Made by a program: the position numbers and the translations under genes. From positions 31,555 through 95,554 of IMG/VR virus record IMGVR_UViG_3300005573_000072: a DNA stretch of 64,000 nucleotides. One strand, given 5' to 3'. A model generated the notes under the pieces. It made no database searches and was not told where the DNA came from. It saw nothing but the letters and a program-made list of their open reading frames with translations. Source of the DNA: a virus. This document shows positions 31,067 to 41,259 of this stretch, one piece after another. How positions within the stretch are numbered: position 1 is the first letter of the stretch; each line of letters starts with the position of its first letter.

Positions 31067-32638
31067 TTATTCAGGATTCGCAGGTTCACTAATTATATCT
31101 TTTTCCAACGACTTTGGAGCAACTTCATCTGTTGGCCTCCCTAAACCCCCTGGTTTCTGCGTCTTAGGGCGGGGTGGTTTTGGGCTTGAAGGAGGCTGTG
31201 TGGGTGGCATCCCGGAGAAAGGTGTATAAGGTACACTCCACAATTCCATTTTATCCTTATAATATTCTTTCCTGCTAATAACTGCATCAGGATCAAAACC
31301 AGCTTCTTCAAGAATTGTCTCTGGGTCAAGTAACCCTCTATCATAAAGATTTTGTAATACATTCTTAAATGTTTTATCATCTCGCAAGGCCAAGCTATTA
31401 AATTTAACTTTGGGGTAAGTCTTAAATCCTTCTATTGCAGCTATCCGGCGATATTCGCTTTCTAACCATCGTTTAACCTCGTGCCTTGCCCTTTCTAACC
31501 GCTCCACCAAGCTTACAATACTAGTCCATGCCGTAGCAAAAGCTCCTTGACCGCTTAAAAGGACAGCAGGTATACCCAAAGCATTTAAAATATCATTGTC
31601 TACTTCTTTATACTTGTCGGATGAAAGCGTTCTTGAATCAGGACTAATAAGCTGAATATCAATCGCATGATTCCAAAGCAATTGGAAAGATTTGGATGCA
31701 GTTTGTAAGCATGAATTTAGGAGGTCAAGTTGTTGTGGTGTTGCAGGATATTCGTCATTTCCCACTTTTATAAGCATTAATGTATTTATATTGCCTTCCG
31801 CCGTAGCCAAATCCATTTCCCTCAATCTACGTTTTATCAATACTGGCTCAAAAGCGCCCACTAAAAAAGAAACAGCATACCTTTGGTATGGTTGCCGTTT
31901 TCTACTAATTCTGGAAACTTTTTCTGGATTAAGAACTAATCTTCCTTGATTCATAAGCTTCGCCTTAGCCCCAGAATTAGAGTTATCAAATATTTTACGA
32001 AATTCTTTTGGCATTTTTCTTATAAAATCGTTTCTTAACTGTTCAGGCAAAGATTCTATTTGTTTTATCTCATTGCTTATATCAACTGAAATATATTCAC
32101 TATCGAAAAGCAAAGAACCTTCAACAAATGTTCGTGAAGGATTTAAAATTGTATATGGATAATAGCGTGCTCCTCTATCTGGGCCTTCTGATACTACAAG
32201 CGAATCGCCACGATAAATAAAAACATCACCAACAAGAAAATATTCTAAAAATATTCTACGAATCAACTTGTCCATATCTGTATATTTACAATGTAAATCA
32301 AAAAATTTCTTAACTTTTTGCTGCTCACAATGATTTTCAAAACCAGTCGAAGAGAAATCAACCATCATATCAACAGCAGTTCTTACAATACCTTCTTTAA
32401 AATAAATATCACGAGCTAATAATACAACTTCATGAAAATTTGAAGGATCAGGAATGGAAATTTGTTGTTGTTGGACTAAACCATACCTACCACCCAATTC
32501 TGTTGCCGAAGCCAAAATAAATCCTTTTTCTCCATCATAAAGTGTGGCAAGCGTTTTCAGTTGACGTTGTGTCTGCTTATCACTTATAAATGGAGAAAGG
32601 GCTATTGTATGATATAAAATATCTTTATGTGTATCCAT
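31067..32638 (-). CDS. Portal protein
   Basis: About 523 aa with 'YFKEGIVRTAVD', 'EYFLVGDVF' and 'ILNALGIP', upstream of the protease. The ATG follows a GAAGGAGG RBS. Confidence 0.8.
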   Translation of the reverse strand: MDTHKDILYHTIALSPFISDKQTQRQLKTLATLYDGEKGFILASATELGGRYGLVQQQQISIPDPSNFHEVVLLARDIYFKEGIVRTAVDMMVDFSSTGFENHCEQQKVKKFFDLHCKYTDMDKLIRRIFLEYFLVGDVFIYRGDSLVVSEGPDRGARYYPYTILNPSRTFVEGSLLFDSEYISVDISNEIKQIESLPEQLRNDFIRKMPKEFRKIFDNSNSGAKAKLMNQGRLVLNPEKVSRISRKRQPYQRYAVSFLVGAFEPVLIKRRLREMDLATAEGNINTLMLIKVGNDEYPATPQQLDLLNSCLQTASKSFQLLWNHAIDIQLISPDSRTLSSDKYKEVDNDILNALGIPAVLLSGQGAFATAWTSIVSLVERLERARHEVKRWLESEYRRIAAIEGFKTYPKVKFNSLALRDDKTFKNVLQNLYDRGLLDPETILEEAGFDPDAVISRKEYYKDKMELWSVPYTPFSGMPPTQPPSSPKPPRPKTQKPGGLGRPTDEVAPKSLEKDIISEPANPE

Positions 32639-32656
32639 AACAACCTCCTTCAACCA

Positions 32657-32699
32657 TATAATACAAAAAATATGAAATTTTTATTCCTTCCTCCATATT
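32657..32699. repeat. 43-bp direct repeat, copy 1 (contains the putative late promoter GGAATA-N17-GTATTATA for the portal)
   Basis: tataatacaaaaaatatgaaatttttattccttcctccatatt, 41/43 identical to 33895-33937. Confidence 0.9.
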
Positions 32700-32724
32700 A
32701 ACATTTATTCTAGCTAACCACCAC

Positions 32725-32883
32725 TCAGAAAACAACATCAGGTATCCCTGGCAAGTCTTTGCAATGTTTTCGAAAACGAAAACCTCTTGCCCACATCGCT
32801 TTGCGTAGAGCCAATTCGGCCCTGGTATCTTTCGAACGTACCGAAGCCATAATCCTGGATGTTATTTGCTCATCGCAAGGCAT
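32725..32883 (-). pseudogene. vsr: Truncated very-short-patch-repair endonuclease (N-terminal 52 aa)
   Basis: Manual translation: MPCDEQITSRIMASVRSKDTRAELALRKAMWARGFRFRKHCKDLPGIPDVVF*. This is a classic Vsr N-terminus overlapping the MTase stop, and it lacks the FxxGCFWH half. Confidence 0.85.
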
Positions 32884-33869
32884 TTATTTACATCATCCAA
32901 AGCAACCTGCACGCTTTTTGCGATATGCCAAGCAAGTACAGGAGGCACGGCATTACCCACTTGCTTGTATGCCATCGTGGTGCTCCCTTTGATAATAAAA
33001 TTATCAGGGAATGATTGAATTCTACAACATTCCCTAACACTTAATCTCCTGGTCCCTCGATAATGGAATTCAATATTACCATGGTGTTCCGCCCTTATTG
33101 TAGGCCCCGGCAAATCAGGTCTTATCGGTTTGTTCCCTTGGCAATGACTTCCGTAATTCTTGGCCATCGAAATCTGATCATGATTAGGTGGCGCTAATGA
33201 TGTCTTCTCAAGACCCCAGAGGTCGTCAATAGCCTCACGAGCCGTAACCCAAGGCTCTAGTCCGTCCAACCCCCCAGGCGAATGAGTCGGATTTGGGAAT
33301 TCATATTCCGCATCAATATCTCGACGAAAACCCACAATGAAAAGTCTTTCCCTCGTCTGAGGCACCCCATAATCAGCTGCATTTAAGACTTTTCTATATA
33401 TTTTATACCCAATTCCAACTTTTGCGAAATCCTCAACTATTATCTCTAGAGCATTCGCTATATTCGTGAGGCCTTTAACGTTTTCCGCAACGAACACAAG
33501 CGGTTGCCTCAATCTTATTACTTCTCGCATCTTTTCATAAAGTCGCCCCCTATCACTATTAAGCCCCCTTCTCTTACCTGCGATACTAAAATCTTGGCAA
33601 GGGAATCCGCCTAATACAACTTCGCATTCGGGTATAAGGTTCGGCTGTTCCGCTAATATTTTAGATATATCGCATAGAATCACGTGGTTACCGAAATTAT
33701 ATCTATATGTCTCGACTGCTTCTTTCATTATGTCATTAGCCCAAATAATATTAAATTTGTTCTCGCAAAACTCCCTATCTAAAAACGAGAACCCACCCTT
33801 AAAGCCAAGATCCATGCCGCCACAGCCAGAGAATAGCGAAACAACACGATAATGAGCTTCTTTTTCCAT
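32862..33869 (-). CDS. DNA (cytosine-5)-methyltransferase, 335 aa
   Basis: Motifs LFSGCGG, GGFPCQ, ENV, Q.RER, RIQSFPD and GNAVPP. The true start is MEKEAH after a GGGAGG RBS. Higher GC than its flanks. Confidence 0.95.
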   Translation of the reverse strand: MEKEAHYRVVSLFSGCGGMDLGFKGGFSFLDREFCENKFNIIWANDIMKEAVETYRYNFGNHVILCDISKILAEQPNLIPECEVVLGGFPCQDFSIAGKRRGLNSDRGRLYEKMREVIRLRQPLVFVAENVKGLTNIANALEIIVEDFAKVGIGYKIYRKVLNAADYGVPQTRERLFIVGFRRDIDAEYEFPNPTHSPGGLDGLEPWVTAREAIDDLWGLEKTSLAPPNHDQISMAKNYGSHCQGNKPIRPDLPGPTIRAEHHGNIEFHYRGTRRLSVRECCRIQSFPDNFIIKGSTTMAYKQVGNAVPPVLAWHIAKSVQVALDDVNKCLAMSK

Positions 33870-33894
33870 TTCATACCTCCCTTCTAAAGCACTG

Positions 33895-33937
33895 TATAAT
33901 GCAAAAAATGTGAAATTTTTATTCCTTCCTCCATATT
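33895..33937. repeat. 43-bp direct repeat, copy 2 (contains the putative late promoter GGAATA-N17-GCATTATA for the MTase)
   Basis: tataatgcaaaaaatgtgaaatttttattccttcctccatatt, overlapping the stop codon of the 715-aa gene. Confidence 0.9.
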
Positions 33938-36066
33938 TTAATGCCCAAATTACCATATTTGCGCTTAATGTTAACATTTATTTTATCAAAATTAATTCTA
34001 ACATTAATATCTTCAGAATCAACTGCTCTTATTATTTTCGGTATATCAATATCTATTGATTCAATAAAAGCATTCAATATATTAATGACTAATACTTTAT
34101 CTTTATCTCCAATTTCTGAAATATTCACCAAATCAACAATATTATCCGATAACACCATAAATCTGGCTTTAACCCACGGCTGACAAATTAAAATTATAAA
34201 ATAAGAAGTATCAACCCGTTCCTTTGAACGAACCAATATATCCTTTATCAAATATAATGACGCAGACGAAATCACTTTATTACAATCATGAACAATATTA
34301 TCTTCAAATACAGATAATGAACTTAATACCAAAACTTTATCTTTGTTGATTACTTCTGGTAAATCCTCGAATATTGCAATATTTATGCCAACAACCTTGT
34401 CTTTAGACTTAACGATGCATTCCTTAACACAATCCGAAACCGTAAACGTTAAAACCTTACCTCTATCCTTAACCACTAGTACATCTTCGTAGTAAGCACC
34501 AGCCCTCTCTTCGAATGCAACAACCCTATCCTTAGATTTAACCAAAATATTTTCTAATCCATCAACAACACTATTTGTTTTTACCAAATCCTTTGACTTA
34601 ACTGTAGCTACACTTATAGCTTCTACTCTATTGGAAGTAACAATTTTATCTTTAGATTTAATTACACAACTTTCTGTAAAAACGAATACTAATACATCGA
34701 ATGTTACAACCTTATCTTTTTCTTTTACAACACAAATTGAAGTATAAACTTCAACTTCAGTTGATATGATTTTATCCTTACTTTTAACTAAAGTCGAAGA
34801 TTCACATACACAAACATTAATAGTAATAACCTTTTCCTTAGCCCTCACAACACAAGTTTCCGAATATTGTGCTATTAAATTTTCTGTTGTGATTACTTTC
34901 TCCTTAGATTTTACAACACAGGTTTCTATATAAATTTTAGGTATCTGGAAAACAACAATTAAATAAGGATCAATAAAAGTAGTATGATCATATAAAGCAA
35001 TAGAACGATGTGCATCCGAACTGCTCTTATCGCCATCATCACTTAAACCTATAGCAATATAATTAGCCGGATCACTACCATTAGGATTATAATCACTACT
35101 ATTAACCCTATCTTGAACACGATTTGCAATATTAGGAGTAGAAATTATATGTCCTTCCCTATCAAATGTTTGTATAGAAGACCAAAGCGTATATGAACTA
35201 TTTATGAAAGTTCCCAAAGTTGAATATTCATTACTACTAAATGCAGATGCATCAGTTAAAGCACCGATTCTAGCACTAGCAGATGCTGTATCAGCTTCAT
35301 AAGCATTAAATACAATTATAGCATTATAAACCGTTGCTGATTTTGGAATATCTATAGCCCAACGTAAGCCTACACGGCTAAATTGGTCACTTACATTTTT
35401 ATTATTTTGCTGTATTTGACCAAATCTACCATAAGTAGCAGCTGTATTATTATTTGAATCATTTGATGCATTCCAAGTATCATCTGCCGAAGCAGAAATT
35501 TTATACGCCCTACATTTCTTGCCCTCTGTATAATGAACCCATTCTACAACAAGAAATGTTGCAAAATCACCTCCTTCCCAGTCAATCTGCACAGCCTGAA
35601 AATAATTATTGCTGGAAATATCATCACAAGAGATACGAAAACCAATATAATTACCAGATGCATAGCCAGATCTACTTATGAATCCTTGAACAAGGGAAGA
35701 AATATCTGGCGATTGTCTCCAACTATTGGCAGTTCCAACAGGACTATTCCATGTTACAGGAGAAGGATTAGATGTTACATTTCTATCCCAAGGATTTGAA
35801 GTAAAAGCAGCACAATTAGTTTCATCAAGTAAACTTATTTTAGAATTTGAAGGTTGGCCCAATGAACCAGCATCTTGGTAAAAATACAAATAAGCAGATA
35901 AAATAGTTGCACCAACTGGTATATCTAATACAAAACGCAAATAAGTTCTATTAATTGTGTTGCTAATATTACCCCATCGTAGATAAGTACCAGTCGAATC
36001 ATAACTAGAAGAAGATGCATAACAATCATCTTCACTTGCTGCAATAATATAAAAACCGTTTGGCAT
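33919..36066 (-). CDS. Fibre-like virion protein: two N-terminal carbohydrate-binding-like (DNRLRE-type) domains plus a ~20-aa beta-repeat shaft
   Basis: 715 aa with duplicated I.AS.DD...LRF/W..DIP..AT domains and about 14 V.K.K(D/E).V repeats. Confidence 0.6.
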   Translation of the reverse strand: MPNGFYIIAASEDDCYASSSSYDSTGTYLRWGNISNTINRTYLRFVLDIPVGATILSAYLYFYQDAGSLGQPSNSKISLLDETNCAAFTSNPWDRNVTSNPSPVTWNSPVGTANSWRQSPDISSLVQGFISRSGYASGNYIGFRISCDDISSNNYFQAVQIDWEGGDFATFLVVEWVHYTEGKKCRAYKISASADDTWNASNDSNNNTAATYGRFGQIQQNNKNVSDQFSRVGLRWAIDIPKSATVYNAIIVFNAYEADTASASARIGALTDASAFSSNEYSTLGTFINSSYTLWSSIQTFDREGHIISTPNIANRVQDRVNSSDYNPNGSDPANYIAIGLSDDGDKSSSDAHRSIALYDHTTFIDPYLIVVFQIPKIYIETCVVKSKEKVITTENLIAQYSETCVVRAKEKVITINVCVCESSTLVKSKDKIISTEVEVYTSICVVKEKDKVVTFDVLVFVFTESCVIKSKDKIVTSNRVEAISVATVKSKDLVKTNSVVDGLENILVKSKDRVVAFEERAGAYYEDVLVVKDRGKVLTFTVSDCVKECIVKSKDKVVGINIAIFEDLPEVINKDKVLVLSSLSVFEDNIVHDCNKVISSASLYLIKDILVRSKERVDTSYFIILICQPWVKARFMVLSDNIVDLVNISEIGDKDKVLVINILNAFIESIDIDIPKIIRAVDSEDINVRINFDKINVNIKRKYGNLGIKIWRKE

Positions 36067-36071
36067 ATAAT

Positions 36072-36641
36072 TTACCTCAGTATATATTTAAGTATATTAA
36101 ATCCCCAATCATTTTTTCCCGCTACCTCATCCCAAAACCAGATTAAACAAAATTTCAATTTCTCTTCCTTTTGCTCATAATCTAATTCCTTAAAATTAGT
36201 TACATCTGTTGGAACTTCCTTTTCACATTGAGTAAATCCTTTGCACCATCTTTCACATAAAGGGTACCTATTTCCTTCATCCTTAAAAAAAGCACCTTCT
36301 TTAAAATACCATATACATGATAAACATTGAAAAACTTCCCACTTACGAGGCTCCTCTTTACATATAGGAATACCAGGACAGTTTAAATCATAACACATTT
36401 CTGCTTTAACCATAGTCATAGATGTTTTATGCTTTTTATTATATTCAGCAATAACTCTATCACAAAGCTCACATTTGAAGCTATTTAACCCTTTAGGCCG
36501 CATTTGCTCAAACAAATTATCTAATCTAGAAGAAAAAGGGCTTTCGCCCTCTTTCAATAGCTCCACAACATTTTTTAATGCTATAGCCACTGAAATCCAA
36601 TAATCATATACAGATTGTTTGATATCTGAAAATATTGACAA
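36072..36641 (-). CDS. Cys-rich hypothetical protein
   Basis: 189 aa, TTG start after GGAGG, with several CxxC/CxxxC motifs. Confidence 0.65.
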   Translation of the reverse strand: MSIFSDIKQSVYDYWISVAIALKNVVELLKEGESPFSSRLDNLFEQMRPKGLNSFKCELCDRVIAEYNKKHKTSMTMVKAEMCYDLNCPGIPICKEEPRKWEVFQCLSCIWYFKEGAFFKDEGNRYPLCERWCKGFTQCEKEVPTDVTNFKELDYEQKEEKLKFCLIWFWDEVAGKNDWGFNILKYILR

Positions 36642-36715
36642 AATACTAACCTCCTTCCCAAAACCTAGAATACATATATTATCTGTATAGCAAACAAAAC
36701 ATTAATATACCAAAA

Positions 36716-37270
36716 TTATTCAGCTGTCGGGTTTTCACGCTCAATATATAGAGTAACCTTTAATGTATCTTGATCTTGCAGTGTTCTAGCAACAGCAAAA
36801 CCATCCCAACAAACTGCATAAGTTCCTGATGCATCTCTTATATAAGCTCCATAAACAGTAGGCCAAGAACCACCACTAGCTTGGAAGGTGCATTCTTTAG
36901 ATGTTATACGCATTTGCCCATTAACTGCTTGCAAAGTAGGCCATCCCGTACTATCACGAGATATAGAAACAGCGGCATATCCATTACCACTTGGCTCTGT
37001 GAAATCAGACAAAACACTATCCTTACTTAAACCACTACTATTAGTATAGAGTTCCATATAGAATCCAGTAGGAGCAGTCGCACCCCTAAAGAACACATCC
37101 CAAATTTTTTGCAATCCTTCATTCGTAATCATATTGTGACTTCCAAGTTCTTCATACAGAAGATTACCATCTTTGTCATAATGACGAATGTCACAATAGA
37201 AGCCAAGATTTAAATCCCACGAATCTCTCCTTTTACTGTACTTTTTCTTATCATGGATAATTCGTTCCAT
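36716..37270 (-). CDS. Phage structural protein (fibre-anchor-like)
   Basis: 184 aa with the pattern 'NMITNEG', 'EPSGNGYA', 'TFQASGGSW', common in phage fibre-associated proteins. Confidence 0.6.
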   Translation of the reverse strand: MERIIHDKKKYSKRRDSWDLNLGFYCDIRHYDKDGNLLYEELGSHNMITNEGLQKIWDVFFRGATAPTGFYMELYTNSSGLSKDSVLSDFTEPSGNGYAAVSISRDSTGWPTLQAVNGQMRITSKECTFQASGGSWPTVYGAYIRDASGTYAVCWDGFAVARTLQDQDTLKVTLYIERENPTAE

Positions 37271-37273
37271 TAA

Positions 37274-37438
37274 TTATCTACCTCCTTCTTTTAATTCGAG
37301 AAATATTGACATTACAAGAGCATAGAACTTTTTAGGATTCTCTTCTTCAAGAGAAGCCCCATATTGATCTATTACTAATCTTTTGGCTCTCTCCCAAAGA
37401 AGTTCATCTTCATGCGTTTTCACAACTGATGTGGGCAT
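37274..37438 (-). CDS. Small helical protein (ChaB-like?)
   Basis: MPTSVVKTHEDELLWERAK...YALVMSIF, with an AAGGAGG RBS at the end of terL. Confidence 0.5.
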   Translation of the reverse strand: MPTSVVKTHEDELLWERAKRLVIDQYGASLEEENPKKFYALVMSIFLELKEGGR

Positions 37439-37440
37439 CT

Positions 37441-39012
37441 TTACCTCCTTAATAGATTTATCCAACCACCAGTTGGTAAAATGATACCTTTAGGCTCAAC
37501 AGTTAAATGATCAGCCGCCCAAGAAGCATATAATAAAGCCGAATAAAGGTCACTTCTTTGACCTTCCGGCGAAATAAACTTTAAATAACCTAATTGGGTT
37601 TCCTCTACCGTTACATTCGTAAGTTGCCTCAATAAAGTCATTATGTTCTTATATATCATATCAGTTTCTTCTGTAGGATTATTACCCGAAGAACTTGGCA
37701 TTTGAATCTGCTGGTTTTCAAACTTTGCTCTCAAGTCAAAATTCATTTCATTTAAACTAACTAACGAAGGAGTAATAAGTTCAATCATCCGATTACCTTT
37801 GATATGTTCTGTTTCCTTGTCATCAATAACTAGCAAAGGAGGTTTTTTTACTAATTCACCAGTAACTTTATTCACGTATATCCTCTCAACCAAAAACAAG
37901 TCCTTCAACGCTTTTCCTCCACCATATTCTTCCAACCCAATACGCTGAATAGTAGGAAACTTATCTAACAAATCATCAATATGTTGCCGTAATTTAGGTA
38001 AGCTCATCTGTACCTCTTCTGCGTAAACAATCTTTAACTCAAATCCATCTACTTCAGCAATAATAATTCCCGTTGTATCACCAGGGTCAATCCCCATTAC
38101 ATATTGAGCTGTTGGATTACCCCTTATTTGTGGCTCAAGAAATCTCGTTCTGGAATTATATACCATACTAGCGGGATAAAATCCCATACTATCTCTTGGC
38201 ATTTTTGCCAAATATTCCATTGCAAATTCCAACTCACTCATTGTTTGCCGCTGCATTTCAATAACTTCCATCTCTACGAAACCTTCAGGTACATCATTAA
38301 AATCAAAAACACTAACGAAGTATTCCTCATTTCCCTTCATCATTTCTTCAATATACATTATATACCTTTCATACACATGATTAAATTGATAATAAGCAGA
38401 TGTACAAAATACCAACACATTTTTCTCTTGTGTTTCTGGTTTACCTAAATACTTTGCTAATGGGTCTTTCCTTGTCACCATGAATGGAATAACAGCGGCT
38501 TCAATTACTTCTTTATCGACTTCACGAGCCTCATCCACAATAATACAAGTTGCACGAGTTCCCCTAATCTTTGAACCATCTGTGCCTAATGGTAAAGCCG
38601 TAATTGTGGATTCATTCCATAATTCCGCTTTATATTCAACCGTATGATGTCTTGGGGGCCATTTTTTAAAGTTCTTCTGCAGCAGTTTATGATTATTTAC
38701 AATTTTTTCCATTTCATTGAACACGAATATTGACTGGCGAAAAGAAGGCCCAACAATTACAATCTTTTCTCCCGAATATAATAATGCTCTTAAAAGAGCA
38801 TATAACCCAGACATAAAAGTTTTTCCAATACCACGAGAAGCAATATTCAAAACCCAACGAGCCTTCCACATACCTTTGAGCATAATTCTTTGATGAGGAG
38901 CTAAATCCACATTAAGAATATCTTTCGCAGCAAAAACAGGGTTTGCACGACAATATTCAATATATTCACCTAATGTATCTATGTCAATTAAGCCAACGCT
39001 ATCGACTTCCAT
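37441..39012 (-). CDS. terL: Terminase large subunit
   Basis: Walker A ASRGIGKT, Walker B IIVDEA, nuclease GIDPG and a C-terminal 'SDLYSAL'. Confidence 0.92.
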   Translation of the reverse strand: MEVDSVGLIDIDTLGEYIEYCRANPVFAAKDILNVDLAPHQRIMLKGMWKARWVLNIASRGIGKTFMSGLYALLRALLYSGEKIVIVGPSFRQSIFVFNEMEKIVNNHKLLQKNFKKWPPRHHTVEYKAELWNESTITALPLGTDGSKIRGTRATCIIVDEAREVDKEVIEAAVIPFMVTRKDPLAKYLGKPETQEKNVLVFCTSAYYQFNHVYERYIMYIEEMMKGNEEYFVSVFDFNDVPEGFVEMEVIEMQRQTMSELEFAMEYLAKMPRDSMGFYPASMVYNSRTRFLEPQIRGNPTAQYVMGIDPGDTTGIIIAEVDGFELKIVYAEEVQMSLPKLRQHIDDLLDKFPTIQRIGLEEYGGGKALKDLFLVERIYVNKVTGELVKKPPLLVIDDKETEHIKGNRMIELITPSLVSLNEMNFDLRAKFENQQIQMPSSSGNNPTEETDMIYKNIMTLLRQLTNVTVEETQLGYLKFISPEGQRSDLYSALLYASWAADHLTVEPKGIILPTGGWINLLRR

Positions 39013-39785
39013 ATCTTATCACCCGAACCATTCTCATCGTCTTTCTTTTCTACTTTAGGCGGTTTATACTTAACTTGCTCTGTCATATCAGTATAGCCTT
39101 CTCTGTATTCTACAATATCTGCCTCAAATTGCTTCTTATTCTTCTCCATTAGAACCCGCTCTTCTTCTTCTTTCTTTGGTAATTCTTCTTCATACAATAG
39201 CTTTCTCTTATCCCATTCCTGTATTAATTTAGCCAGACTAGTTTCTTCATCTAACCGCTGCCATTTCTGTTTACGAATGGTAGAAAGTTTGCTAAATGCA
39301 TCCTTTCTCCTATCCATACATTTTTTCATCTGCTCAGATAAATCCGTTTTTTCATTTTGTAATGTCAAAGTTCTTAGCCTATTCATTAAAATCTCTTCCA
39401 TGATAACATCTCGAAGCAATGCTTCATCAGCCGCCGTTTGAATGTCAAAATCTCGCTTATACTCTCTCCATCTTCTTATGTAATATTTCTTCTCATCTGC
39501 GTTCAAACTCATATAAGAGCTTAAAACTTTTTCCGTTTCACCATCGGGGAATTCAAGTTCTGGTTGTTGCTCCTCCTCAACCTCAGGCAAAAACATAGAG
39601 TCTTTTTTCTTCGTAGGAGCATAAGGACGCAAATTGCGCAAAGCCTTTTCTCTTCCCTCAGGAGTAATTGGCCCCGTAAGATACGGATTATCCGTATCTC
39701 TCCAATCCCTATAAACCTTCTTCTTTAATTTTTGAATCTGCTCTTCAGTTAATAATGTACGTAACCTCGTATCTTTTTCTGCCAT
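38988..39785 (-). CDS. Putative terminase small subunit
   Basis: 265 aa, helical, overlapping the terL start, with a 'GPITPEG...ALRNL' motif. Confidence 0.55.
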   Translation of the reverse strand: MAEKDTRLRTLLTEEQIQKLKKKVYRDWRDTDNPYLTGPITPEGREKALRNLRPYAPTKKKDSMFLPEVEEEQQPELEFPDGETEKVLSSYMSLNADEKKYYIRRWREYKRDFDIQTAADEALLRDVIMEEILMNRLRTLTLQNEKTDLSEQMKKCMDRRKDAFSKLSTIRKQKWQRLDEETSLAKLIQEWDKRKLLYEEELPKKEEEERVLMEKNKKQFEADIVEYREGYTDMTEQVKYKPPKVEKKDDENGSGDKIWKSIALA

Positions 39786-40958
39786 TTAAACCACCAACAA
39801 TTTATGTATTTTGTAGTTCTCGGATTCCGATTTCTTACGTTCTGTTGCGAGTATTTTATTAACAAATTTTGGTAACTGATTAGACCAAGTATATTGCTTA
39901 GCCCATTCTATACAACGTTCACTATACAAATTTAAAAGTTGCCTGTTTTCAATTAATTTATTTATCCTGCTAGCAAGCATTTTTATACTTACCAAAGGAC
40001 GTTGCTGACAATAGGGACGATGCATCATCCATGCTTCAGGCTTCACTAATTCACCTCTATTTTCGACTAACTCAGTAATTGCCGAATAATTTGTTGCTAC
40101 TGTAGGAACACCACAAGCTGCCGCTTCTAAAATAGGTAAACCAAACCCCTCACATTTAGAAGGTAAAGCCAAAACATCAAAAAGATTATAAAGTTTGGCT
40201 AAGGCAATATCTGAAATACCAAAAGGGCCAGACCTTGAACTAAAAAATATCTGGCCAGGATGCAAACCAACTTGTCGAGCTGCTTCCATCAAATCCCAAC
40301 CTTCCTTTTCATTGTATGCATCTGTATGCATAAACAAAACAGCTTCTGGATGCTTTTTAACAACCAATGAAAAAGCCTCAATCAACCTTACTGGCATTTT
40401 CCTCAATGCATTTACACCTACATAACCAACAACAAATTTACCCTCCATACCAAATTCCTTTTTCACTTGCTCTTTATCCATTGGATAAAAAACAGCATCA
40501 TCATAACCCGGATAAATCACATCAACATCAATCCCTAAAAACTTTTTCAATTCTTGCTTTCCATAATACGTATAAGCAAACAAATTATCAACATCCCGCA
40601 AAGGAGCTTCCCAAAAACTTGGCAAAGGGCCAGAATCTACAGGAACATAATAACAAAACGCAAAACTATCTCTAAACAAAGAATTTTTAACATGCACAAT
40701 TGCATATATATCCATTAAAGAAAAAACTATATCAGGTTCAAATGTATAAATAACTTCATCAAAAATCTTAAATCCAAAAAGATCATCCTCACTTACATTA
40801 AACAATGGATAATCATATATTACAGGTCTTGTCTGAAAAACAGCTAAGCAAGCCACTTCATGGCCTTCTTTCTTTAAAGCTTCATTTATCCTTTTCAAAA
40901 TTAACCCATAACCAGATGAAATTAACGGTGAATCGCCATATGTGAGTATCCTTGCCAA
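39786..40958 (-). CDS. Glycosyltransferase, GT-B/GT4-like
   Basis: N-terminal SGYG, 'N.LRK' and EGFGLPILEAAACGVP. Confidence 0.92.
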   Translation of the reverse strand: MARILTYGDSPLISSGYGLILKRINEALKKEGHEVACLAVFQTRPVIYDYPLFNVSEDDLFGFKIFDEVIYTFEPDIVFSLMDIYAIVHVKNSLFRDSFAFCYYVPVDSGPLPSFWEAPLRDVDNLFAYTYYGKQELKKFLGIDVDVIYPGYDDAVFYPMDKEQVKKEFGMEGKFVVGYVGVNALRKMPVRLIEAFSLVVKKHPEAVLFMHTDAYNEKEGWDLMEAARQVGLHPGQIFFSSRSGPFGISDIALAKLYNLFDVLALPSKCEGFGLPILEAAACGVPTVATNYSAITELVENRGELVKPEAWMMHRPYCQQRPLVSIKMLASRINKLIENRQLLNLYSERCIEWAKQYTWSNQLPKFVNKILATERKKSESENYKIHKLLVV

Positions 40959-41116
40959 TTTTCCTTTACCTCCTTATTATATATTTCCTTCTCACGCATT
41001 TTACATAAATTATCCGATTTATTAATCGTAAGATTAAAGCATTCAAAAAAACTAGGACAATTTCGCTCCCAACAAATATCCTCATTTAAAAACAAATTGT
41101 AATAATTTTTCTTCAT
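40922..41116 (-). CDS. Small Cys-containing hypothetical protein
   Basis: ATG after GGTGG. It is the first ORF downstream of the putative late promoter and has four Cys. Confidence 0.4.
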   Translation of the reverse strand: MKKNYYNLFLNEDICWERNCPSFFECFNLTINKSDNLCKMREKEIYNKEVKENWQGYSHMAIHR

Positions 41117-41163
41117 GACCACCACCACCAAAATAAACCTAATCCAAATAACCTTTCTACTAC

Positions 41164-41194
41164 AAAATTACAAACCAATTTTTAAAAATATTCC
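41164..41194 (-). promoter_or_regulatory. Putative phage late promoter at the head of the morphogenesis operon
   Basis: GGAATA-N17-GTAATTTT. Confidence 0.55.
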
Positions 41195-41259
41195 AAAATA
41201 ATATGTTTACGTGGCAGTAACTTTCTAACTGGGAATAAAATTTTAAAAATTTCCATAAA

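Noticed and set aside
32657-33937. 43-bp repeats as attL/attR or IS ends
   Set aside because: There is no recombinase or transposase in the cassette and no terminal inverted repeats. A duplicated gene end and promoter explains them better.
33870-33977. 36-aa N-terminal extension of the C5 MTase given in the ORF track
   Set aside because: It overlaps the upstream gene and the promoter. The RBS and the position of motif I support ATG 33869.
1600-40675. Short plus-strand ORFs across the morphogenesis region
   Set aside because: They are antisense to continuous minus-strand phage genes and have no recognisable motifs.
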